From Mobula hypostoma (lineage: Eukaryota): DNA of 64,000 nucleotides. Below are positions 52,831 to 64,000 of this stretch, piece after piece (the first letter of the stretch is position 1; the number at the start of each line of letters is the position of its first letter). The stretch is from positions 79,734,001-79,798,000 of the forward strand of contig NC_086108.1 in the NCBI RefSeq assembly GCF_963921235.1, written 5' to 3'. The position numbers and the translations under genes were made by a program. The notes under the pieces are model-generated. The model had not been told where the DNA came from and ran no database searches. It saw only the letters and a program-made list of their open reading frames with translations.

Positions 52831-54424
52831 TTTTGTCATACATGCTCAGTGGAATTGCATTTTGAATAGCATGAGAAGTTCAGAATTCTATAGCAGCGAG
52901 AAGTGTTTTTGATAAAATAAGTCAACCAGTCTCATCTCAGTTCCTGTTATCATAACTATTAATGAATACAATCTATTTCTATGGATAATGTTCATTGACA
53001 TGGATCATTGATTTAATTGGTTGCAATGGTTGTGCACGACAGATGTGAGGATAAAAAGCATGGATAGTTGAGTCTGATGTCGGTTTATTCAGTGAATGGT
53101 GATGACAGGATTGACATTCAGAAAAGCATTGAAGGATGTGGGACGGATATTTCTGTGGTGCTGAGGAACTGAGTAGGCATGACTTGTGTGCCTTGACAAT
53201 GTAATTATGAATGTTGGACTGACTGACCAGCTCTACGCAGGACAAAGGAGAAATTGCCCTTCTTGAATGTCATAAACTATCTCCTTGACCAAGTCTGCCG
53301 GTCAAGAGCTGATGTGGTGGGGTGAGGCTGCATTACAGTGTCTAAGACCGTTGACTGTAGGGAGAGACATACATGGATCACCACTGCATATTGAGAATAG
53401 GTCAGGCACATTTTGTGAATAGCCTTTGGCGAGATCCCAGGCCTTGCATCGTGCTGGTTACTAAAGTGAATTGATGCAAGAACTGGAGTTTGAAAGCTAA
53501 CAGACTTGCACAGCAATGATTATATTCATTCAGTAGTGAAAAAAATGGATATTGTATAACTGCAATGAAACAGGATTTGAGGGTACTCATGGATTAGTCA
53601 ATGTCTTTGAAGAAATAGACCATTAATATTCAGGTTAATGACCCCTCAGAATTACAGTTGTGCAGGTTAATGACTGCTTGGAACAATAAACACGCTGAAC
53701 TTCATAAGACCATAAAACATTGGAACAGAATCAGGCCATTTAGTCCATACAGTCTGCTCTGCCATTCTATCTTGGCTGATTTATTATCTCTCTCAATCCC
53801 ATTCTCCTGTCTTCTCCCTGTAACCTTTGATGTCTCAATCTCCTTGTCTTGTTGCAATGAAACGGCAGAGCAAACATGTGACAGTACTGTCAGTAGATTA
53901 GCCTCCATTAGACAAAATAATTTTCAACTGCCTTAACTGTCTGAACACAGTCAAAGTTGTCCCTATAGATTTAAAATTTGGCAGTGCATATTTCTCTTTC
54001 CACTTTTACTTCCTTATGTTTCCAAACTGAGCTAAGGTCCTCTGCCAAGCAATTCCAGCTGAGTTTGGGACTAGGAACTTCCTTACGCAGCTAGTTACTT
54101 AATTATTGAGCCAGGGTGACAAATTGCTTATTATTTTGAGCTGTCAAACCCATGTGTGTTTTCTTCACATCTTGTCTCAGTTTTTTTGTGTGTTTGCTTT
54201 AAAAGCCAATAATTAACTGTAACTCTTCTCTTAATACTTCTGTTGCAAAAGTCCAAAGAAATTCCTGAAATACAGCAGTTAATAGTCACTGCTGGATCAA
54301 TGAAGCTGACTATTTTGGAATGCAGACATAGTGGATGCCTTATTATGAATATATAGTAGCCTCCAGTAAGTGAATATTGTACATTTTTATGGAATGAAGA
54401 TTGCCCCTTTTTGTCTATATACTT

Positions 54425-54830
54425 AGACCATAAGACATAGGAGCAGAATTAGGTCATTCAGCCCTTTGTGTCTCCACCATTTTAGTATCCCTCTCAACTC
54501 CCTTTTCTCCGTAACTTTTGATGCCTTTACTATTAAAGGACCTATCAATCTCCACTTTAAATATACCCAATGACTGGTCCTCCACAGCCGTCTGTGGCAA
54601 TAGATTCCATAGAATCATCACCCCCTGGCTAAAGAAACTCCTCCTCGTTTCTGACCTAATGGCGCATCCCACTATTCTGAGGCTGTGCCCTCTGGTCCTA
54701 GACTTCCCCACTATCAGAAACATCCTCTCCATGCCCATTCTGTCTAGGCAATTGAATATTCAACAGGTTTCAGTGAGAGCCCTCCCGTGCTTCAGAACTC
54801 CGGCGGGTAGAGGTCCAGAGCCATCAAGCA
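54425..54830 (-). mobile_element. CR1 3'-end fragment
   Basis: TAGACCATAAGACATAGGAGCAGAATT tail and KSRTRGHSLRI..FFSQGV.LWNLLP in ORF 54454-54738. Confidence 0.75.
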
Positions 54831-54894
54831 CTATTTGAGATTTAGTAACAATGCAATTCCTTTGAACACCCTAAGTTGATGTTGCTAACTCTTG

Positions 54895-55178
54895 CTTTAT
54901 TTATTTCTTTATTGAGATTCAGTGAGGAGTAGGCCCTTTGGGCTGCACCACCCAGTAACCCCCGATTTAGCCCTAGCTTAATCACAGGACAATTTATAAT
55001 GACCAATTAACCTACTAACTGGTACGTCTTTGGAGTGTGGGAGGAAACCAGAGCACCTGGAGGAAATCCACACATTCGTCAGAAGAATGTACAAACTCCT
55101 TTCAGACAGCCAGTAGAAATGAACCCAGGTCGCTGGTACTGTAGAGCATTGTGCTAACAACTAAGCTACCATGCCACC
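54895..55178 (-). mobile_element. V-SINE (HE1-like)
   Basis: Reverse complement has a tRNA-like head and GGATTTCCTCCAGGTGCTCTGGTTTCCTCCCAC V-domain. Confidence 0.7.
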
Positions 55179-56555
55179 CATATTTGCACAACTATATTCA
55201 GATACTTTCAATGTTACACAAGTTAAGGATAAGGGCATATCAAATTATTGTAAATAAATTTTAGGCAATAATGTAATACTGAAGTTAAGCTCACAAAACA
55301 TTGTGATTTAATATCTTAATACTGTGCTACAGAACACTCCTTTGAATGTTCTGAGTTATTTGGTGTAAGGAAGTCATAGAAAAATAAAGCACAGGGCCTT
55401 TGGCCCATCTAGTCTGTGCCGAACCATCTAGCCCTCACATGAGTATTTTCTTCGGTACAGAATAATATCTGAAAGTCCAGTGCATTGGAGAGGGCAGATG
55501 ATGGATGCTTCCTGGAGGAGATTATCTGAAAGGTGAAAATAAATTGGTTTTATGGAGGCTTTTGAGCGTGATGGTGACCTAGCATAGAAGATTCAGACAA
55601 GGTAAAATGGAAAAAATAGGTACAAATGAGAAAACAAATTAAATAGGCACTGCTGCAGCAATTATCCGCATCAATTCCATCCCAGAGAAAGCCACAAGGC
55701 TGTAGAATATGTAGGAACTTAATTTATCTGTCCTTCGTTACTAAAAGGCCTATCTGTACACACTTCCTGTTTACAATTTTTTTTACACTTAATTTTTTTA
55801 ATCACATCTTGTGTTAAGAACAATGATAGCCCAAGAAAATGACTTTTGCATTCTGTACCTCCCTGGTGACCCCACCCCCACACTGCTATATTTTACTCAA
55901 CTATCTGACTGTTCACTCAAATCATTCTTGAAGCTCTCTAAAATGTTGCATTCCTTCTCTTTAAATAAAATCTCCACTATTCAACAAGGGTATAATTGTA
56001 ATGGGTAGAATATCTTGTATAATAATGTTATTGAATTTCTATTGAAACGGTTATATTAATTACATAATTTTATTTTCACTTGAAAACTTCATGGCCTAAG
56101 CTTTGAGCTGAACTTAAATCTAGGTACCCGCATTGCAGCTAAATTCCTTGAAATCATCAGCATTATTCTAGCAGTTTATGCTTGGTTGTTGGGATTCTCA
56201 GCCGATATTCCTCAGGATTATTGCATGAAACATTGTAGGATAAATTTTAGATCTTTGAGGAAAAAGTTTTATCTAAATACAGAAGGCAGCAAGTAGGCTT
56301 CATTTGAGCTGCGTTTGACATTGCTTCATTTTCCTGTTACACTTGTATTTTCACCTAGAAGGAAATAACATTAAAATATTACTGCAAAACAAAAACCGAA
56401 ATCGAATCAGAAATAAAAATAACAGAATAAACACACACACACATGTTCATATAATCAACATCATATGGCAGCTGCAGTTTTTTTTAGACTTAAGCTCACC
56501 TGTTCAATCTCCGTAATTTCTGTGTGTCATATTACTAGCAACAAGCCATGCAAAA

Positions 56556-57166
56556 TACACTCATTGCTATTTAATTATTTATGGTGCAACTGTAATGAAA
56601 ACCAATTTCCTCAGGATCAATAAAGTATGACTATGACCGGCAGACCTGTGAACTTCGCTAATGCAAGTGAGCCCATCATGTGGCAGCAACTCAGTGCATA
56701 AGAGTATGCAGGCATGGTCAAGAGGTTCAATGTTGTTCAGACCAAACATCAGAATGGGGAACGAATGTGATCAAAGTGACTGTGACCATGGAATGATTGT
56801 TGTTGCCAGATGGGATAGTTTGAGTATCTCAGAAACTGCTCATCTCCTGGGATTTTCATGCACAAATGCACAACATTCTCTAGATTTTACAGAGAATGGT
56901 GCGATAAACAAAAAAACATCCAGTGAGCAGCAGTTCTTGCTGGATGAAAGTGTATTGTTAATGAAAAAGATCAGAAGGGAATGGCCAGACTGGTTCAAGC
57001 TGACAGGAAGGCAACAGTAAATCAAATAATGACTCGTTACAACTGTAGGATGCAAAAGAGCATCTCTGAATGCACAATGCATTGAACCTTGAAATGGATA
57101 GGCTACATCAGCAGAAGACCACACTGGGGTCTACTCCTGTACCTAATAAAGTGGCTGCTGAGTGTC
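56556..57166 (+). mobile_element. Internally deleted Tc1-like DNA transposon
   Basis: MG..CDQSDCDHGMIVVARWDSLSISETAHLLGFS is a Tc1 N-terminal HTH. The right end CCTAATAAAGTGGCTGCTGAGTGT is TIR-like, with a degenerate left counterpart TACACTCATTGCTATTTAATTA. Confidence 0.75.
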
Positions 57167-58030
57167 TATTGAGAAATAATTGAAGAATTTTAGGTTGGGA
57201 AGTACAATACAGAATAGAGAAGTTAATATTAAAGACTGAAGTATAAACAAGTATAGCTCTTAAACTTCAACAACAATTAAAACTTGAGTGGCTGAGATTC
57301 CACATTTTCAGCACCAGAGAAACTGAATGCTGGATGGAAAAAAAATTGTCATTAAAAATATAGTGCTTTGCCTTAAATGACTTCTGTGCTAAATTTGCTT
57401 CATGGGTAAAATACAAATATATTAAGAGAAGATTCTGAAAATCATTAACAGGATTGAAGCTGAGAAACTGGTTTCTGTAGTTGAGATTGTTAAACTTGTA
57501 AGTTTTGTGGAGTTGGCATTTAGATCTGAGATGAGATTTTTTTTAAGGGTTTTAAATCTGCAATTTTCTACTCAGCGGGTTGTGGATTCTCAGTCATTGA
57601 ATATAGCCAAAACATTGATTTTTGAAAGCTAATATATTCAACACATGGATTGGCAGATTTTTGAAAGCTAATGAATTCAAATGGTATGAGATTAATTATG
57701 GCCATGGACTTTAGGGGCAGAATCGGCCAAGCTGTTATTGGTTACTGAGGGGCTACATTCAGTCCCTCTTCCTTGTATTCTTATTTCATTCTGTTAAACA
57801 GATTTGAGTAAGGAAGTGAACAGGATTAGGACTTGTCCGAAACTGAATAAGATCCAGACTGATCTAATCTTGGCCGCCATTCTGCTTTACCACCTGTTCC
57901 TTATAAACCTTCAGTTTTACAATAGTTCAGCAATCTGAATCAGATTTGCACCCAGAGCTCTCTGCATAGAGAATTCCCTGGATTTGCAACCTTCTGTATG
58001 AAGAAATAAGAAACAAATAGTGAGATGCTG

Positions 58031-60400
58031 TAAGACCATAAGACATAGGAGCAGAATTGTCATTTGGCCCATCAAGTCTGCTCCACCATTCGACATGTCA
58101 ATCCATGGCCTCCTGTACTGTCATGTTGAGGCCACACTCGGGTTGGAGGAGCAACACCTTCTATTCTGTCTGGATAGCCTCCAACCTGATGGCGTGAACA
58201 TCACTTTCTCCAACTTCTAGTATTGCCCCTCCTTCACCATTCCTTATCCCCTTTTCCCATCTCTCACTTAACTCCTTGCCTGCCCATCGCCTCCTGGTGC
58301 TCCTCCCTGTGTCCTATGGCCTCCTATCATCTCTTGTTAGATTCCCCCTTCTCCAGCCCAGTATCTCTTTCACCAATGAACTTTTCTACTATTTACTTCA
58401 CCCCCTCCTCCCCATCCCGGTTTCACGTATCACCGTGTGTTACTCCCTTCCATCCCCCCAAGTTCTTAATCCAGTTCTGCTGAAGGGTCACAGCCTGAGA
58501 TGTCGATTATATTCTTTTCCATGGATGCTGCCTGGCCTGCTGAGTTCCTCCAGCATTTTGTATGTGTTGCTTGGATTTCCAACATCTGCAGATTTCTCTT
58601 GTCCAGCATTCAATCATGTCTGATCTTTTTTTCTCTTCCTCGACCTTCTCCCTGTAACCTTTGATGATGTGGCCAATCAAGAACCTTATCAATTTTCTCC
58701 TTAAATACACCCAACAACCTGGCCTCTACAGCTGCCTGTAGTAACAAATTCCACAAACTCACCACCCTCTGGCTAAAGAAATTACTCCACATCTGTTTTA
58801 AATGGACATCCCTCTATCTTGAGGCTGTGCCTTCTTGTCCTGGACTCCCCCACCATGAGAAACATCCTTTCCACATCCTGACGAAGGGTCTCAGCCCAAA
58901 ACGTCGACTGTACCTCTTCCTAGAGATGCTGACTGGCCTGCTGCGTTCCCCCAGCAACTTTTATGTGTGTTGCTTTCCACATCTACTCTGTCTAGGCCTT
59001 TCAACATTCAAAAGGTTTCAATGAGATTCCCCCACCCCCATTCTTCCATCCTTCTAAAGTCTAGCAAGTACAGGCCCAGAGCCATCAAATATTCCTCATA
59101 TGATAACCTTTTCATTCCTGGAGTCGCTACTCCTCTGAACCCTCTCCAATGCCAGGACATCTTTTCTTAGTTAAGGAGCTGAAAGCTGTTCATAATACGG
59201 AAGGTGAGGCCTTCCCAGTGCCTAAAAAGCCTCAGCATCACATCCCTGCTCTTATATTCTAGACCTCTTGAAATGAATGCTAACATTACATTTGCCTTCC
59301 TCACCACCAACTCAACCTGCAAGTTAATCTTTAGGGTGTTCTGCACAAGGACTTCCAAGTCTGTTTGCATCTCAGATTTTTGGATTTTCTCCCCATTTAG
59401 AAAATAGTCTGCACATTTATTTCTGCCAAAATGCATGACACATTGTATTTCATTTGCCACTTTCTTGCCCATTCTCCTAATCTGTCCTTCTGGAGTCTTC
59501 CTGCCCCTCCACCAATCTTCATATCATCTGCAAACTTGGCAACAAAGCCATCTATTCCATCCTCTAAACCATTGATATACAACACTAAAAGAAGTGGTCC
59601 CAACATTGATCCCTGCAGAACACCACTAGTCACTGGCAACCAATCAGAAAAGAATCCTTTTATTCCCACTCGCTGCCTCCTACCAATCAGCCAATGCTCT
59701 AACCATGCTAGCAACTTTTCTGTAATACCATGGGCTCTCAACTTGGTAAGCAGCCTCCTGTGTGGCATCTTGTCCAAGGCCTTCTGAAAATTCATATATA
59801 CAACATTCACTGCAATCTTTTATCTAAACTACTTGTAATTTCCTCAAAAAATTCCAATGGGTTTGTCAGGCAATATTTTCCCTTGAAGAAACTGTGCTGA
59901 CTTTGTCCTATCTTGTCCTGTGTCACCAAATAGTCCGTAGCCTCATCCTTAACAATTGACTTCAACTTTGTCCCAACCATTGAGGTCAGGCTAACTGGTT
60001 CATAGTTTCCTTTCTGCTGCCTTCCTCCTTTCTTAAAGAGAGAAGAGACATTTGCAATTTTCCAGTCCTCCAGAACTATACCAGAGACCAATAATTCTTG
60101 AAAGTGTATTACTAATGCCTCCACAATCTCTATCGCTACATCTTTCAGAACCCTAGGGTGCAGTTCATCTGGTACGGGTGACTTATGTATTTAGGTCTTT
60201 CAACTTTTTGAGCACCTTCTCCCTTGTAATAGTAACTGCACTCACTTCTCTTCCCTCGCACCCTTCAACATCTGGCACACTGCCAGTGTCTTCCACTGTG
60301 AAGACTGATGCAAAATACTGATTTAGTTCATTAGCCATCTCCTTCTCCCCATTACTATTTCTCTGGCCTCATTTTCTAGTGGTCCTATATCCACTCTCAT
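58031..60400 (-). mobile_element. CR1 LINE 3' half, degenerate, with two nested Penelope-derived inserts (58092-58601, 58878-58972)
   Basis: ORFs 59807-60124, 59397-59810 (GVLQGSMLGPLL, KFADD) and 59167-59472; CR1 tail at 58031. Confidence 0.9.
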
Positions 60401-60657
60401 CTCTCTCTCTCTTTAATATGCTGTGTAAGTGCTGTAGGAGATGAGTTGATCCCTAAGTTCTCTTTCAAATGAAAAAGATCAATACAAGTAAATGAAAGCC
60501 CTATGACAATCATGTTTATTCATTATTAATGAATATAAATTTAGCCTTGCAAAACTAATTGTAAATTGGCAATTGTCAGGTAAGATCTTAGTAATAGAGG
60601 CTTCCCAGTCATGACCACCGACTTTTTTTGGATACACAAAAGCCAGCATTTCATAGT

Positions 60658-60928
60658 TTGTTTGTTTACTTATTGAGGTACAGTGCAGAATAGGCCCTTC
60701 CTGCCCTTCAAGCTGCACCACCCAGCAAAATCCCAATAAAATCTTAGCCTAATCATGGGACAATTTACAATGACCAATAAACCTACCAAATGGTATGTTT
60801 TTGGAATGTGAGAAGAAACCCGCATATTCATGGTGAGAAAATAAAAACTCATTAACAGGTCACGGAGGGAATTGAACCTGAGTTGCCGGTACTGTAAAAC
60901 ATTGTGCTAACCCCCTATGCTACCACAT
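60658..60928 (-). mobile_element. V-SINE (HE1-like), degenerate
   Basis: Similar to 54895-55178 across its length. Confidence 0.65.
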
Positions 60929-61149
60929 CCCCCAAACTTGTCTAACCCTAATAAAATTTAACTGGTTTGCCAAGAAATTGCACAATTGCTTCAAGCATTC
61001 TGCACTGGGGAGAGAGAGGAAAAAAACAACTGGGAAAACCACAGCCTGTAGAATCAGAAATTCAACAAAATAAATAAATGCTGAACAAGACCAGATTTTG
61101 TAGCAATTGATTAAAATCTCTGGATGGCATTTGATAATACAACACTGGA

Positions 61150-62290
61150 CAAGCTATTTGCTCCACAGGGTTGTGCCATTTTTGATGTGAATTTGTACTA
61201 CATATCCTCCTGTGTATTTCCCATATCCCTCCATTCCCTTCATATCTAAAATCCTCTTAAACTCCATCAAACTGTCTGCTTCCACTACCATCCCTGACAA
61301 CCTATTCCAAGCACCTACCACTCTCCACATAAAAAACACAAAAAAAAACTACCCTTCATATCACCTTTAAACTCCCCAACTCCCTCACCCACTTAACGTG
61401 TGTTTTCTGGTGTTTAACATTTCTACCCTGGGGAAAAGATTCTGAGTGTCTACCTTGTCTATGCCTCTCATAATTTTTTAAAAAACTATCTTGTCTTCTT
61501 CCAGCCTCTGACACTCTTGGGAGACAACCAAAGTTTTATCTAACCTTTCCCGATAGCTCATACCTTCTAATCCTGGTAAACCTCTGCACTCTCTCCACAG
61601 TCTTCACATCCTTCCTATAATAAGGTATCCAGAACTGCACACGATACAGTCTGACTAAAGTTTTAAGTACCTGCAGCACGACTTCCTTACTCTTGTACTC
61701 AAAATTCCTCGCAATGAAGGTGAGTCGTCTTTACCACCTTATCCAATTGCATAGCCACTTTCTGAGAACTAAAGACCTGGACCCAAAGATACTTCTGTAC
61801 CTCAGTGCCATTAATTGTATATTTTCATCTGACCTTCCAAAATGCAACACTTCACATTTACCCAGATTAAACTCCATCTGCCATTTCTCTGCCCATATGT
61901 GTAACTAATTGGTATTATTTGGTAACCAACTACACTACCTGCAACTTGACCAATCTTGCTAATCCATCAATTCACATTTTCATCCAGATCACTGATATAT
62001 TATAAGCACCAGAGGTCCCACATGAACCCTTGTGCAACATTGCTGGTCACAGACATCCAGCTAGAACTCTGTCTTCTATGTGCAAGCCACTTCTGAATCC
62101 AAAATCACAATTCACCCTGGATGCCATGTATCTTTATCTTCTGAATCAACCAACCATGAGGACCTTACTAGAGTCCATGTAGATAATGTCTACTGCTTTG
62201 CCCAATTCAAGCTCCTTTGTCACCTCAAGAAACTTGATCAAGTTCGTAAGGCATAAACTGTCCTGCACAAAACTATGCTGATTGTCCCCA
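61150..62290 (-). mobile_element. Degenerate CR1 3' portion
   Basis: FFMWRVVGAWNRLSGMVVEADSL and the reverse complement of W.MEFNL.KCEVLHFGRS. Confidence 0.75.
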
Positions 62291-62488
62291 AGCTAATAGA
62301 TTGGAACTCTGTTTGCTTATTTACATATAATAACTTTGCAGGAATATTTTTATATCCTTATTTTGTTTAGTATCTTTAATTTCACTCGTCCAATGTGCCA
62401 TTATATCCTTACTGTTGAAATTAAGACTTTGTGAGGAAGAAACATTTGACTGGATACTCGGATAAGGACCAAATATGTGCTGTAGATG

Positions 62489-63033
62489 TGTAACGACCTG
62501 CTAATTTAATGGTTTCTCTGTAGCACAGTGTTTGGGTTATGTCTAGAAACAACGGGGCTTTGGAATGTGCACTGGCCAATGAGGAGAGATGTTTTTCTTT
62601 CTCGTGTGTCCGAGTGGAGGTTTTGCGGTCTTTTGTTCGGCGGAAGATGGAGAGAGAAGATGCCAGAACAGGGAAGTTGTAGTTTGCAGGATGGAGTGGA
62701 CTTGAATGGGGTTGGGAGTTGACGGCGCCTGGGTGGAAATCGATGGAGAATGAACAGACGGGAAAGCAGCAAGCTCCAATGTTGCGCATTAGACTGTTTC
62801 ATGAGATCGGGCCCTTTTTCTTTTTTGTTTCTTTACTAACCGTATAGTCAAATTAAGAATTATAAAGCTAAATTGTTTAATTGCATATTGTGTACTGTTT
62901 GTTATTTTGTGGCACTGATTTGTAATGGGGGAAAACATCACGCAGCATCCACCCAAACAAGATTTCTCAAGTTCGGCCAGGCCGGAGGCTGTCTTCCCCT
63001 ACATTAAACCTCTAGCCAAGCCTGAGGGTTACA
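62489..63033. mobile_element. Solo LTR (545 bp) of an LTR retrotransposon or ERV
   Basis: Terminal inverted hexamers TGTAAC (62489-62494) and GTTACA (63028-63033), flanked by a 4-bp TSD GATG (62485-62488 and 63034-63037). Confidence 0.8.
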
Positions 63034-64000
63034 GATGCAAAACAGCCTAAGTCTTTGACTAGGCAGTTAGTGGAATTGGTAGCTCAGGTACAGAGAATTC
63101 AATGAGTCCAAGGGATCTGTTTGCAGGGAACCACAAAATGCTGAAGGCAGCATCTATAGAGGGGAATAAACTGTCAACGTTTTGGACCAAGTCCCTTCAT
63201 AGGGACTGGTGGAGGCAAGTTCCCAGGAAGGTCGCGCAGCTGTGATCAGCAAGCATGTGATCAAAGAGTTGGAGGGTAGCAGAGATCATTGGGGTGGGGC
63301 AGGGGAACAATGAGAGTGAGACTCACTGAACTCCCAACAAAGAGAAGATTTGAACTTCTTCAGGGCAGTGGAGCAGCAAATCATAATAAACACAAGGGAT
63401 TCTGCAGATGCTGGAAATCCAGAGCAACACACACAAAATGCTGGAGGACCTTTGCAGGTTAGGCAGCATCTTCGGAGGGGAATAAACAGTAGACGTTTTG
63501 GCTGAGACCCTGGTGAAACATTGACCATTCATTCTCTTCCATAGGTGATGTCTGACCTGCTGCAGCACTCCAGCACTTAAGTGTGTTTGGAGTGAAGTGG
63601 GAAAGTGCATCTAAGGATCTGGCCAATAGAGGGGGTACTTCCACCATTCACATTTAAAATGACATCACTATCCCCTTAAGGCTAGTTAGGGATGGGCAAT
63701 AAATCCTGTTCTTGTCACCCATCCTTGTAATGCAAGGATGGATGCAATAAAAATTAAGATTGTAATAGCTCATTCGAAGAAACAAATTAGATCAGTGAAT
63801 TGTACGTTCTTTACAATTAGTGGGAATTATAGAACATGGTGGGAGTTGTATGCTAGAAAATATCAAATAACTTGTTGAAAAACATTTGTTTCCATATAAT
63901 TAACATTCTGCAATGTAATATTCGCAACTTACTATACATAACATATACACTGTAGAATTCAAACCTCTGGCTTGTGTAGTTCAGTGGCCCAGTAATTAAA

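Noticed and set aside
52940..53600. Possible exon of a downstream gene such as EIF2B3
   Set aside because: No recognisable protein similarity, CpG island or convincing splice-bounded ORF.

Overview
Vertebrate genomic DNA, most likely from a cartilaginous fish (ray or skate), inferred from its CR1, Penelope, V-SINE, HERO and Tc1 repeat content. The main feature is a complete, intact HECTD3 E3 ubiquitin ligase gene on the + strand. It has 21 coding exons from 8968 to 50738, all with GT-AG junctions and consistent phases, giving 2535 nt (844 aa plus stop) with DOC and HECT domains and the catalytic Cys codon at 48781-48783. A CpG-rich promoter at about 7180-7500 carries three GTCACGTG E-boxes and a CCAAT box. 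It appears bidirectional: a short ATG-containing exon on the - strand (7198-7220) matches the size and phase expected for UROD exon 1, the head-to-head neighbour of HECTD3 in human. The rest is mostly transposable elements: a near-intact CR1 with an esterase ORF1, Penelope-like elements (RT plus GIY-YIG), RNase H-bearing I/Nimb LINE pieces, a HERO-like RLE element, Tc1 remnants, V-SINEs and a solo LTR. The most interesting signal is a recurring set of short, non-coding, Penelope-derived inserts. They carry a minimal hammerhead ribozyme motif, often sit as fold-back inverted pairs, and several have their own 10-13 bp target-site duplications (TSDs). There is also an unexplained duplicated intronic element flanking two HECT exons. 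Repeat boundaries are approximate; exon and TSD coordinates were read base by base.
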